A stretch of 49,540 nt of DNA from a virus. Both the position numbers and the translations under genes were made by a program. Below the pieces are notes generated by a model, which worked only from the letters and a program-made list of their open reading frames with translations, searched no databases and was not told the origin of the DNA. Shown piece after piece: positions 34,307 through 42,482 of this stretch. The first letter of the stretch is position 1, and each line of letters begins with the position of its first letter. The DNA lies in IMG/VR virus record IMGVR_UViG_3300002461_000339, positions 1-49,540 of that record, one strand, 5' to 3'.

Positions 34307-36391
34307 TCAGCGCCTCAGATAGTTGCTGCGCACGACGCGGGGCGGCCGCGGTGCTGCAGGTTTTGGTGGTTCGGGCGCTTCCTCTTTCCGCACGTCCGGG
34401 TTTTCGTCCCAGTCGCGCGCCCAGGGCGGCGGGTTGTCCCAGTTGATCTTGTCGGCCTGCAGCGCGATCCACGCGGCCTCGCCGTAGACGCACAGGTCGA
34501 GCTCTTCGTTGTGCCGCTTGCTGGCGTTGACCCAGCCCTTGGCGGTGCGCGTCTCGGCGGTCAGTTCCTCAAACGCCGAGGTCGGCATCCACGAGGCGAA
34601 ATGCCAGAACCCGGGACCTGGCTCTTCGCGCTTCAGGTCCGCCGCGATCGTGTCCTTGATCTGGTCGGTGTTGATGAAGAGCACCGGCACGTCGCCCGTG
34701 GCGCCGCTGTTGCTCTGCTTGTTGCCTCGCGCGTCGGGCCTGCGCTCTTCCACTCGTGGCGCGTTGCTGCTGTTCGCGCCCTTCACCAGCCGGAACTTGT
34801 GGCCCATGCCCTCGCGCGCCATCTGGCGCCAGAACTCATAGGCCCGGCTGGTGACGCCATCCTCGCCGCCGGAGTCGCAGAGCGTGACGCGCACCGGCAT
34901 CGTCCGGCCGCTGCCATCCTCAAGCGGGTAGCGGCGCTGAATCGCCTTCTCGACCAGGCGCTGCCAGTCCTCGACGTAGCCCGCCGGGTCCAGCAGCAGC
35001 GGCTGTCCGTCTTCGCCCTCGCGCTCGCTGTGCCGCAGGTGAAAGCGGTCGATGGTCCAGTGCTCGCGGTGCGGACCCCAGCCCAGCACCTTGACCACGA
35101 AGCCCGCGCGCTTGCCCGCCTGCACGTCCACCGATGCGGTCAGGAACCGCACGCCACGGGGCACGTAGCCCTGCCGCTGTTCCTCCGCGCGTTTCTGCAG
35201 CTCGTGGCCGGCCTTGCGCTTGCCCTGCAGAGCGAAGGGCAGGTATGCCCGACCCTGGTGCAGGTTCACCGTCTCCTTGATGCCCGTCTCCAGCCCGGTG
35301 CGCTGGTACTCCAGGATCGCGACCCCGTAGTCCCTCAGCAGCTTGGGCCAGTGCGCATAGCCCGCGGCAACGCAGGACAGTTGATAGCTGTCGATGTCCG
35401 TCTCGCGCTGCTGGCCGACCATCTCGCCATCGGGCGTGATGCGGCAGCCGTCCGGCACCCACCGGGCGCCCTTGTTCAAGGCGCGCCGCTGATCTTCCTT
35501 CGCGACCGCGCCGCAGTGCGGGCAGGCGATGCAGGCGTGGTGCCTGACCCAATCCTCCAGGGTGTCGGCCGTCAGCTTGTTGGCCAAGTGCTCGATCGGA
35601 TCGAGCCCGAACATCACATGCACGTCCGGGTTCAGCGGGTAGAACTCGCGGCACTCGCGGCACTGCCAGTACAGCCAGTTCCGGGTGCCCATGTTGTAGA
35701 GCAGCGTCGCGCCACCGGCCGGCGGGGCCTCGTGCGGAAGCTCCTTATTCGGCCGCCACTGCGCGTCCGTGTAGACGCGCCGGATCGAGGTCTCGACAAC
35801 CGTCATGCCAGCGGACATGTAGCTCTGGGTCCGCATGCTGCCGAGGGTGAACAGCGATCCCTCTTCGTCGATGTCGTCCGCGGCGAGGTCGTATTCGGTG
35901 ATCGCCACATACCGGAAGTCGCGCCCGGACAGCTGCGCGCCCGAGGGCCAGCCGAAGGCCAGCACCATGTTCCGGAACACCTTGTCATAGGTGTTGTCGT
36001 CTTGCCTGCGCGTCGATAGGCGCTCGCGCACCTTCGGCGACGCCTTGATGATCTTGTCGAAACGCTGCTTGCTGTAGTAGCGCGCCAGGTCTTGGCTCGA
36101 CTGAACTATCAGCATGTCGCCGGGCGCGTACCGGATGTTCCGGACTGCCCAGCCGTCAATCAGGGTCGCGGTCTTGCTGCAGCGGCCCGGCCCGATGAAG
36201 ACCACCGCGCGGTACTTGCGCGAGTCCAGGCGGTCGGCCGGCTGCGCCATGTACGGCGACAGCTCCGGGCTGTACGGCCCGTCCTTCGTCACCAGCGTGC
36301 GGTTGATGCCCTCGCTGACTGAGATGCGCTCTGCCGGCCGGAAGCCCTCGCAGACGCTGCGCCGAACCTCAGCCGCTGACCCGTAGCGCAT
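34307..36391 (-). CDS. terL: Terminase large subunit, gpA-like
   Basis: 694 aa. Walker-A-like VVFIGPGRCSKT. Follows a Nu1-like small subunit. Confidence 0.9.
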   Translation of the reverse strand: MRYGSAAEVRRSVCEGFRPAERISVSEGINRTLVTKDGPYSPELSPYMAQPADRLDSRKYRAVVFIGPGRCSKTATLIDGWAVRNIRYAPGDMLIVQSSQDLARYYSKQRFDKIIKASPKVRERLSTRRQDDNTYDKVFRNMVLAFGWPSGAQLSGRDFRYVAITEYDLAADDIDEEGSLFTLGSMRTQSYMSAGMTVVETSIRRVYTDAQWRPNKELPHEAPPAGGATLLYNMGTRNWLYWQCRECREFYPLNPDVHVMFGLDPIEHLANKLTADTLEDWVRHHACIACPHCGAVAKEDQRRALNKGARWVPDGCRITPDGEMVGQQRETDIDSYQLSCVAAGYAHWPKLLRDYGVAILEYQRTGLETGIKETVNLHQGRAYLPFALQGKRKAGHELQKRAEEQRQGYVPRGVRFLTASVDVQAGKRAGFVVKVLGWGPHREHWTIDRFHLRHSEREGEDGQPLLLDPAGYVEDWQRLVEKAIQRRYPLEDGSGRTMPVRVTLCDSGGEDGVTSRAYEFWRQMAREGMGHKFRLVKGANSSNAPRVEERRPDARGNKQSNSGATGDVPVLFINTDQIKDTIAADLKREEPGPGFWHFASWMPTSAFEELTAETRTAKGWVNASKRHNEELDLCVYGEAAWIALQADKINWDNPPPWARDWDENPDVRKEEAPEPPKPAAPRPPRVVRSNYLRR

Positions 36392-36893
36392 CGTCTTCGT
36401 CTTCCCCGGTCAGCGCGCCCGCGATCTGTTCGCGGATCTGGTCAGCGTCCTGCAGCAGCCACTCCACGACCTCTGGGCCGACTCGCAGGTCACGCTCTGC
36501 CCGGTCGGCCTGCGTCTCCAGGCAGCGCACCACCGTCGAGACGATCGCGGCCATTTGTTCCTCGACCTCGGCCGCCGGGATCAACCGGCCCGCCCGTTCC
36601 TCCACCGCCATGCGGTCGAGTTCGGACGCATACCAGGCCTTCCGGTCCTGCGGCTTCATTCGCCGCGGATCCAGCTCGACGCCTTCCTCCCCTTCGCCTA
36701 CCTGCGGCAGCAGACAAGCCTCACAAGCCTGCCGGCCGTCATAGACCGGGTATCCGTCGCGCTTTCCAGCCGCCGGCACATTGCAGTCCAGCAGCCGCTT
36801 CGATACCGTCTTCCGGTCCATGCCGAGCAATTCGGCAAGCCGGGAGATCGAGACCAGGCGCAAACGCTCGCGCTGGCTCAGCACCTCACCCAT
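36369..36893 (-). CDS. terS: Terminase small subunit, Nu1-like
   Basis: N-terminal HTH VSISRLAELLGMDRKTVSKRL. Immediately upstream of TerL. Confidence 0.7.
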   Translation of the reverse strand: MGEVLSQRERLRLVSISRLAELLGMDRKTVSKRLLDCNVPAAGKRDGYPVYDGRQACEACLLPQVGEGEEGVELDPRRMKPQDRKAWYASELDRMAVEERAGRLIPAAEVEEQMAAIVSTVVRCLETQADRAERDLRVGPEVVEWLLQDADQIREQIAGALTGEDEDDALRVSG

Positions 36894-36899
36894 GATTCG

Positions 36900-37910
36900 T
36901 CATGCACCAAAGTGGCGCAAAGCCTCCGTCCTGACTGGTGCTGCGGCGTATAGCCCCGAAAAACTGGCGAGAAATGCGGCCATTTCCCCCGCATCTTCGG
37001 TAAAACCCCTCTGGAGCCTCCGGGCTTTCGATCCGCTGATAGCCGGCCACTGCTTTGGTCCAGCAAGAGAGCGGGCCTGAACCTCGAACGCATCAGCTCT
37101 GCGCCTGTCTTCCGGCGCCAGCTCGGCAAGCCAATCCGCCCAGCTCTTGCTTCCCTTCCTCATGTTGCAAGCGAAGCAGACCTGAGCAACGTTCGAAGCG
37201 CTGTGCACTCCGCCGAGCGCAATGGGCTGCATGTGATCAACCACCCTATTGAGCCTTGTCAGCTTCGCCCTGCAATAGAGACATGACTCAGCTCCCCTGA
37301 CGTGCTCGATCCTTACCGTGCCATCGGTGAGCATGACAATCCCGTTCCGCCTCGCTGACCTTGCCCTGGACTTCATCAGGTCTCCGAGCACGGCACGATC
37401 GGAACGAACGCCATTGCAAGCCGGCTTGTTCCATACGGCGAGCTCTTGGCCTGCCTGCCTGGCCTTGTGCTTTCTCTTGGCCGCGATGCCCTTATTGGCA
37501 TCACGCACCTGCCTGCCGATGATGCGGCCCAACAGTCGCTGAGCGACGTCCAGCGTGCGCGTGTGCTCGCGCTCTGCCTTGGCTCGCTCTTGCTCTGCTC
37601 TCCGCTCTGGACCGCCATTGCGCAGCCACCGCACCCGGTGCGTGGTCTGGTCTTCCGTCAGGCCTGCGGGCACGCATTCCATGCAGTAGACCGCGGTGGC
37701 GCTCTTGAACATCTGCCCGGGCTTCTCGCTCTCGCAGCATGCGCATGTGCGCGGGCGCGATGCGATCAGCTCTCGGGCCGCGTCACGCTTGGCCTTCTTC
37801 CGCTGTTGGTTGTGCAGCTCTCGGCATCTCGGGGAGCACACCTTGTACCTGGCGTGCATCTGCCCGCATACAACACACGCGCGCTCGCGCGTACACTTCT
37901 TGGCAGCCAT
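36900..37910 (-). CDS. HNH endonuclease (packaging-associated) with Cys-rich N-terminal region
   Basis: C-terminal CLYC...DHMQPIALGGVHSASNVAQVCFACNMRKG. Several CxxC pairs at the N-terminus. Lies 6 bp upstream of terS. Confidence 0.8.
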   Translation of the reverse strand: MAAKKCTRERACVVCGQMHARYKVCSPRCRELHNQQRKKAKRDAARELIASRPRTCACCESEKPGQMFKSATAVYCMECVPAGLTEDQTTHRVRWLRNGGPERRAEQERAKAEREHTRTLDVAQRLLGRIIGRQVRDANKGIAAKRKHKARQAGQELAVWNKPACNGVRSDRAVLGDLMKSRARSARRNGIVMLTDGTVRIEHVRGAESCLYCRAKLTRLNRVVDHMQPIALGGVHSASNVAQVCFACNMRKGSKSWADWLAELAPEDRRRADAFEVQARSLAGPKQWPAISGSKARRLQRGFTEDAGEMAAFLASFSGLYAAAPVRTEALRHFGA

Positions 37911-37974
37911 CCGGACCTCGCGTGTCCTGTTGGTTAGGGGTAGTCAGCCGTTGGCGCGGCTGGCTACTCCGACT

Positions 37975-38292
37975 TCATTTGCAGGCGGCTGTGACACCGC
38001 AAACGATCCCCACCCGCTCCATGTTCTCGACGCAGCGCAGGCAGGAAGCGCGGGCTGCATCGCACTGTTCGGCCAGCTCGCGCAGAGGCAGGGCCACTTG
38101 CTCAGCCAGGGCATCCCATGTCTCGGGTGCTTCCGGGTTGCCTGTCCACCGAGGCCACTGCGGCGGCAGGCACGAAGCCTTGCACTCAGCACTGCAGCTC
38201 ACGGACACAGGCCCGAGGTCAGGCGGTCGGATGGCCTGTTGGGTGCAGCCTGCGAGGGCCAGCACCAGCAGCGCCACGGATGCGCGCATCAC
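37975..38292 (-). CDS. Outer-membrane lipoprotein, o-spanin position (105 aa, Cys-rich)
   Basis: Lipobox LVLALAGC. ATGA overlap with the i-spanin gene. Confidence 0.6.
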   Translation of the reverse strand: MMRASVALLVLALAGCTQQAIRPPDLGPVSVSCSAECKASCLPPQWPRWTGNPEAPETWDALAEQVALPLRELAEQCDAARASCLRCVENMERVGIVCGVTAACK

Positions 38293-38687
38293 TCTCCACC
38301 CACCAGAGCATTGACCGCATCCATGCGCTCTTGCCCAGGCGCACAGGCGGGCGCAGGCAGCGATGCGATGCGGTCGCGGTAGACCACGCGGGCAGTGCGG
38401 CCGCGCTCGGCGATCTCGATCAGGTCTTGAAGCAGCAGGCTGCGATCCAGTTCGGCCAGGCTCACCAGCTGCCCCAGCTGGTCCGCACGCTCGGACAGCG
38501 CTTCCGCGCGCCCGCGCTGCACTGCCGTGGCGATCTCACCGGCCGCTTTCTCTTGCGCGCCGCCGAGCTTCAGCAGCAGCCAGGCGTTCGCGCTCAAGCT
38601 CAGCAGCAGGATCAAGGGAAGCGCGTTGCGAGTGATCAGGGCAGCGGCCGCCGTCCCACCCCCAGACAGGGATGCAAGGATGCTCAC
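38289..38687 (-). CDS. i-spanin (Rz-like)
   Basis: N-terminal TM ALPLILLLSLSANAWLLL, then a helical periplasmic domain. Followed by the lipoprotein gene. Confidence 0.65.
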   Translation of the reverse strand: MSILASLSGGGTAAAALITRNALPLILLLSLSANAWLLLKLGGAQEKAAGEIATAVQRGRAEALSERADQLGQLVSLAELDRSLLLQDLIEIAERGRTARVVYRDRIASLPAPACAPGQERMDAVNALVGGE

Positions 38688-38748
38688 TGGTCTGCTTCCC
38701 GCATCGGTAGGGCTGCCAGTGCGTGCAGGTTGCGCATGTGAGCGTCAC

Positions 38749-39468
38749 TCACTCTTCCGGCTCGGGCTCAGGCAGCGGGTTGGTGGTCTGGCAGCCGATG
38801 CCGGTACAGCGCGGGCCTTCGTTGCCCACGTCGTCATACGGGCCGGGCGAGTCGATCCGGTTGCCGCTGCCGTAGTCCGTGCGGTCGCGGCCTATCGTGT
38901 CGCGGGCGATGTTGTCGCCGGTGCGCCAGTCGCCCAGGTGTTGGCTGCCGCTTATCTGGTCCCGGCCCACGGTGTCGCCGATGTGCTGGGTTCCGCTGAT
39001 CAGGTCGCCACCCACATAGGTGCTCGGGGGCAGCGCGCCGAATGCGTCGGCTACGCCAACCGCCACGCCTGCCCATGCGTCGTCACGGCGCGCGTCGCGC
39101 TCTGCGTTGACCTCGGCGATGCGCACGCTGTTGCGCCCGGCGTCGATCGCGGCATAGGTCTGTCCCAGCGCAGGCAGCGCACCCAGCAGCGCCAGCCCGA
39201 AGTTCTCGGCGGCGCCTCGCTGGCGCACGTACTGGCTCACGCCCTGCCGGCTGGCAGCGCCCTGCACCGCCATTGCGGCGAATGCCTTGGCTGCGACCAC
39301 GCACGTGGCGTCGCCGTTGCAGGCGTCAGCATCGGCGATCGTCGCCAGCTGCGCGGCCTGCTGCTGCTGTGCGCGGGCGTTGGCTTCGATGTAGGCCGAA
39401 TAGTTCGGATCCGGCGTGCTCGCGCAGCCAGCCAGGGCCAGCAGCATCAGGGGGATCAGGTAGCGCAT
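38749..39468 (-). CDS. Lipoprotein with C-terminal G-D-rich short repeats (239 aa)
   Basis: Lipobox LMLLALAGC. Repeats GGDLISGTQHIGDTV / GRDQISGSQHLGDWR / TGDNIARDTIGRDRT. Confidence 0.65.
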   Translation of the reverse strand: MRYLIPLMLLALAGCASTPDPNYSAYIEANARAQQQQAAQLATIADADACNGDATCVVAAKAFAAMAVQGAASRQGVSQYVRQRGAAENFGLALLGALPALGQTYAAIDAGRNSVRIAEVNAERDARRDDAWAGVAVGVADAFGALPPSTYVGGDLISGTQHIGDTVGRDQISGSQHLGDWRTGDNIARDTIGRDRTDYGSGNRIDSPGPYDDVGNEGPRCTGIGCQTTNPLPEPEPEE

Positions 39469-39471
39469 GTC

Positions 39472-39837
39472 CTACTCCGTTTTGGTGCGGCCGTCGTCAG
39501 CCAGCGCATCCCGAAGGTGCGGCCAGCGGGCGCCAATCGCGCGAGTGAAGATCGCCCAGCTCAGGGGCGACCACAGCCCGACCGCAAGGCCGGTGACGAA
39601 TCCAAGCCCTGCGGGCAGTCCGGTGTCTGACCACAGCGCCCAGCAGGTCACCACAGCGGAAGACGCGGCCACGGCGCGGAGGAACAGGTTGCGGCATGGG
39701 ATGCCGCCGTCAGGCGATGCGGCCTTGACCGCCTGCGTCACCATGACGCTGATAGCCCACGACAGGAACACAGGGACGAACCACGGCGGCGTGGTGGCGA
39801 CTACATGCGTCAGCAAGTCCCACGCCGAGCGAAGCAT
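39472..39837 (-). CDS. Three-TM membrane protein, holin candidate (121 aa)
   Basis: ATG at 39837 overlaps the upstream TGA. Three hydrophobic segments and a charged C-terminus (DALADDGRTKTE). Confidence 0.5.
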   Translation of the reverse strand: MLRSAWDLLTHVVATTPPWFVPVFLSWAISVMVTQAVKAASPDGGIPCRNLFLRAVAASSAVVTCWALWSDTGLPAGLGFVTGLAVGLWSPLSWAIFTRAIGARWPHLRDALADDGRTKTE

Positions 39838-40154
39838 CAGAACAGCAGCCCGATTGCCACGCCAGCAGCCAGTGCCACGGAGACGCACAGGCCCAGGACC
39901 ATGCCGGAAGGCTCGATCCGCTCGACAGTACGGAAGCGGTCGGGCGAATGCTCGCCCACGTCCTCGGGATTGCGCGCGGCCATGCGCTTGCAGTCGCGCA
40001 TCATGGCCTCGGTCATCAGCCCGGGTTCAACCTTGCCGTCGCGGCCGACACAGTAGAAGCGGTACTCCCAGCGGTCCGGCGAGCCGCCCCAGCTGCGGGC
40101 GTAGTTCGGCGCCGCGTCACCGGCGTAGATCGTGCTGCGGATCTTGTCGGTCAC
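39837..40154 (-). CDS. C-terminally anchored membrane protein (105 aa)
   Basis: GTG at 40154 overlaps the endolysin TGA (GTGA). Single C-terminal TM GMVLGLCVSVALAAGVAIGLLF. The start is uncertain (ATG at 40187 is possible). Confidence 0.4.
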   Translation of the reverse strand: MTDKIRSTIYAGDAAPNYARSWGGSPDRWEYRFYCVGRDGKVEPGLMTEAMMRDCKRMAARNPEDVGEHSPDRFRTVERIEPSGMVLGLCVSVALAAGVAIGLLF

Positions 40155-40675
40155 AGGCCAAGCGCCTCCCGCGCGACGCGGTAGCATTCGGCCCACGTGT
40201 GGAAGTGAGGCTTGCCAGGGCGCCATGCGCGCAGGTAGTAGCGCCATGCGGCCTCGACATCACCGATTGCCGGCAGTGCGCCCGGCTCGCTCCAGAGCAG
40301 CAGACGCGCGAGCGCGAAGCTGAGCACGTCGTCATGCTCCAAGGCGTCCCAGATTGCGCGCGGGCTGTTCTCGACCTTGCGGGCGCGAAGCACATCCGCC
40401 ACATGCGAACGCGTCGCCGGGTGCTTGCGGATGCCGGTGCACAGGCCGCCGGTGATCTCGCCCTGGTGCAAGCCCTTGGCCGGACCTTCCGGCACCAGCC
40501 TGCCGCCGCGCATGACCAGCTGGCGACGCTCAGTTCCGCGGCTTTCCTGCAGCGCGATCGCGAGCGACAGCACGCGCGCCTCGGAGGTATCCATGCGATC
40601 CGGCAGCAGCGCATGCGCCTGCCGAAGCGCCTCGATCACTTCGGGATCCGGATCGAGGATGATGACGGTGGACAT
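40151..40675 (-). CDS. Endolysin candidate, lytic-transglycosylase-like
   Basis: ALQESRG (E-S) and AKGLHQG (GLxQ-like) motifs resemble SLT-type muramidases. Lies inside the lysis cassette. Confidence 0.5.
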   Translation of the reverse strand: MSTVIILDPDPEVIEALRQAHALLPDRMDTSEARVLSLAIALQESRGTERRQLVMRGGRLVPEGPAKGLHQGEITGGLCTGIRKHPATRSHVADVLRARKVENSPRAIWDALEHDDVLSFALARLLLWSEPGALPAIGDVEAAWRYYLRAWRPGKPHFHTWAECYRVAREALGL

Positions 40676-40678
40676 GCG

Positions 40679-40996
40679 TTACTCCGATGCCTGCGCACGC
40701 AGGCGGGCGTCTTCCTCCAAGCGGGCGCGGACTTCGCGCTCAACGCTGGGGGCGACGCGATAGATGGCGTTGAGCTGGTGGCCTTGCTCGCGCAGCTGTG
40801 CCTTTGCTTCGCTCAAGTCGCGCGCTTGAAACAGCGCGATCACGAGCATGACCACGCAACACCCGACGGCGACGGACAGGCCAGAGCCACCCTTGATGTT
40901 GATCTCGACGTTGCTGCTACCGCTCATGCCGGCGCTGCTTCGGAGCTGGTCAGCGACCGCGACCATAATCGCGTCTGTCACCCTCTCATCCGCCAC
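40679..40996 (-). CDS. Single-TM protein with helical C-terminus (105 aa)
   Basis: TM GLSVAVGCCVVMLVIALF. Second gene of the lysis cassette. Confidence 0.5.
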   Translation of the reverse strand: MADERVTDAIMVAVADQLRSSAGMSGSSNVEINIKGGSGLSVAVGCCVVMLVIALFQARDLSEAKAQLREQGHQLNAIYRVAPSVEREVRARLEEDARLRAQASE

Positions 40997-41345
40997 GACG
41001 TGCGCGCTCCAAGGTCTGCGCGTTGATCGCGGTGTAGTCGATCGTCCCCTCTCGGGCAGCCAGGCCGGCGACAGTCAGGGCGATGGCCTCGACCTTGTTG
41101 GCCATGTGCTGAGAAGACTCCCGGAACTGGGTCTCGATCTTGTCCACCTTCGCGCCGATGGTGGCAATGACATGGTTAAGCAGCGGCTGCAGGGTCTTGT
41201 CGTCAACACCGGTCCGCTTCAGCACTTCGACCTGCAGCTCAAGCTGGTGAAAGCGAGCCTGCAGCTTCCAGAGCATTCCGCCCAAGCCGCCACCGCCCAG
41301 CAAGGCAAGGATGCCAAGCGCCCATGTCAGGATTTCTTGGCTCAT
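40986..41345 (-). CDS. N-terminal-TM protein with coiled-coil C-terminus (119 aa)
   Basis: TM WALGILALLGGGGLGGMLW. First gene after the late leader. GAGG SD. Confidence 0.55.
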   Translation of the reverse strand: MSQEILTWALGILALLGGGGLGGMLWKLQARFHQLELQVEVLKRTGVDDKTLQPLLNHVIATIGAKVDKIETQFRESSQHMANKVEAIALTVAGLAAREGTIDYTAINAQTLERARRGG

Positions 41346-41522
41346 CGCATCGCCTCAAGTTGCCGGGTCACGCAGGTGGAGACATAGGCCGGCGCGCATG
41401 CAGTCGCACCGAAACCCGTCCGCAACGCGGTAGGGCCTGCGCCCCGGTCTGCCGGGGTTGATCCGTGAAGTCGGCCCGCACTCGCCGGCCAGCGGGTGCC
41501 GCTTGTGCGGCATGGGGAAACG

Positions 41523-41551
41523 AAAAAGCCCCGCCGGTGAGGGCAGGGCTT
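41523..41551 (-). terminator. Intrinsic terminator between the Q/GIY-YIG genes and the lysis cassette (tR'-like)
   Basis: - strand: AAAGCCCTGCC-CTCACC-GGCGGGGCTTTTTCG. 8-bp stem (one G-U pair) plus flanking A-U pairs, then a U5 tract. Confidence 0.75.
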
Positions 41552-41576
41552 TGGGGGTGACTCTGGGTGTACTGAA

Positions 41577-41606
41577 ATCTTCCCAGTTCTCAGGCCGCGA
41601 AGTCAA
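41577..41606 (-). promoter_or_regulatory. Candidate late promoter (pR'-like)
   Basis: - strand: TTGACT (41606-41601), 18 nt, extended -10 TGgGAAGAT (41585-41577). The predicted start lies about 20 nt before the terminator hairpin. Confidence 0.35.
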
Positions 41607-42069
41607 GCGGCTTGCCCTTCTTCTTGGACTGCCTTTGATCCCACTGCCGGAGGTTCGAGTATTCGCGGATCTGCTCGCTGTTGACCGTTTTCCATGTGGG
41701 CTTCTTCTTGAGGATCGCGCGAAGGACTGTCCCGCACGTCTCGGCGAAGCGCTTGCGTTCCTCGGGGGTGTCCTTGACGTCGATCCACTCGCCGCGAGTT
41801 TGGCGATCGGGGTAGGCCTCAAGCATTCGCTGCTCGAACGCGACGCCCTTGCATTTCTGGCCGACCATGCAGAACGCCGCAAGCTCGACCGGGTACGGGC
41901 TCTGCATGTTGATGTTGACGATGCGATTGAAGGGGGTCGTGCTGATGCCTACCTTGATCAGCACCAGGCCGTCACGCGCCGGGCAGAAAGCCGTGTAGAC
42001 GAAGTACCCAGCGTCAAGTCTCCTGTGTCGGCCTTCCTTGTCGAAATACCCAGGCTTGATGATGTTCAT
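41590..42069 (-). CDS. GIY-YIG superfamily protein, T5orf172-like (159 aa), lower GC
   Basis: GYFVY...LIKVGISTTPFNRI...RGEWIDV matches the GIY / YIG / R / E pattern of the T5orf172 domain. ATGA-coupled to the Q-like gene. Confidence 0.55.
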   Translation of the reverse strand: MNIIKPGYFDKEGRHRRLDAGYFVYTAFCPARDGLVLIKVGISTTPFNRIVNINMQSPYPVELAAFCMVGQKCKGVAFEQRMLEAYPDRQTRGEWIDVKDTPEERKRFAETCGTVLRAILKKKPTWKTVNSEQIREYSNLRQWDQRQSKKKGKPLDFAA

Positions 42070-42482
42070 GCTGCGTTGGCCCTCTTGAGGCAAGCCGCGA
42101 CGTAGGCGAAGCCTACATCGCGATAGTTCTGGTACTGACCGCGCGTGAGCTTGTGCCCTATCAACTCCTGCGCGATCTCCAGTCGCTCGACCCGGATCCG
42201 CCCTCGCCCGCAGTACCAGGCGCGAAGCACCGAAGCTGCGGCCTTGTTCATGATCCCTAGCTCGTGCACGGCGTACTCGACCTGCAGCGCAGAGTGCTTG
42301 ATGTCCAGAGGCTTGAAGCCCGTCGGTCGCGCTGGCATCTCGCCCTTGTGCTCGATCAACACCTGCAGCATGTTCTTGCTCTGGTGGCCCAGGTACTCGC
42401 AGTCGCGATGCAGGGCGAACTCTGAACCCCACTCGGCAAGCCGGGCCTCGACGTAGCCCTCAAAGGTTTGCGTGATGCTCAC
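42066..42482 (-). CDS. Q-like late antitermination protein
   Basis: ARLAEWGSEF...VLRAWYCG resembles the Q/antiterminator family. Last regulator before the lysis genes. GTG at 42482 has AGGAA upstream (ORF track start is 42536). Confidence 0.5.
   Translation of the reverse strand: MSITQTFEGYVEARLAEWGSEFALHRDCEYLGHQSKNMLQVLIEHKGEMPARPTGFKPLDIKHSALQVEYAVHELGIMNKAAASVLRAWYCGRGRIRVERLEIAQELIGHKLTRGQYQNYRDVGFAYVAACLKRANAA

Noticed and set aside
38536-38748. 70-aa Cys-rich ORF (VTLTCATCTHWQPYRCGK...) starting right after the lipoprotein stop and overlapping the i-spanin start out of frame
   Set aside because: Only the first ~20 codons lie in the gap. Inside the overlap, its third positions become T-rich while the i-spanin frame keeps high third-position GC. 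It has no SD. It is probably not translated, though an embedded gene cannot be excluded.
41355-41513. 52-aa ORF (MPHKRHPLAGECGP...) in the late leader between the terminator and the first lysis gene
   Set aside because: It has no SD and begins immediately after the terminator U tract. Its R/G/P/C-rich composition, with high second-position GC, is typical of non-coding GC-rich DNA.
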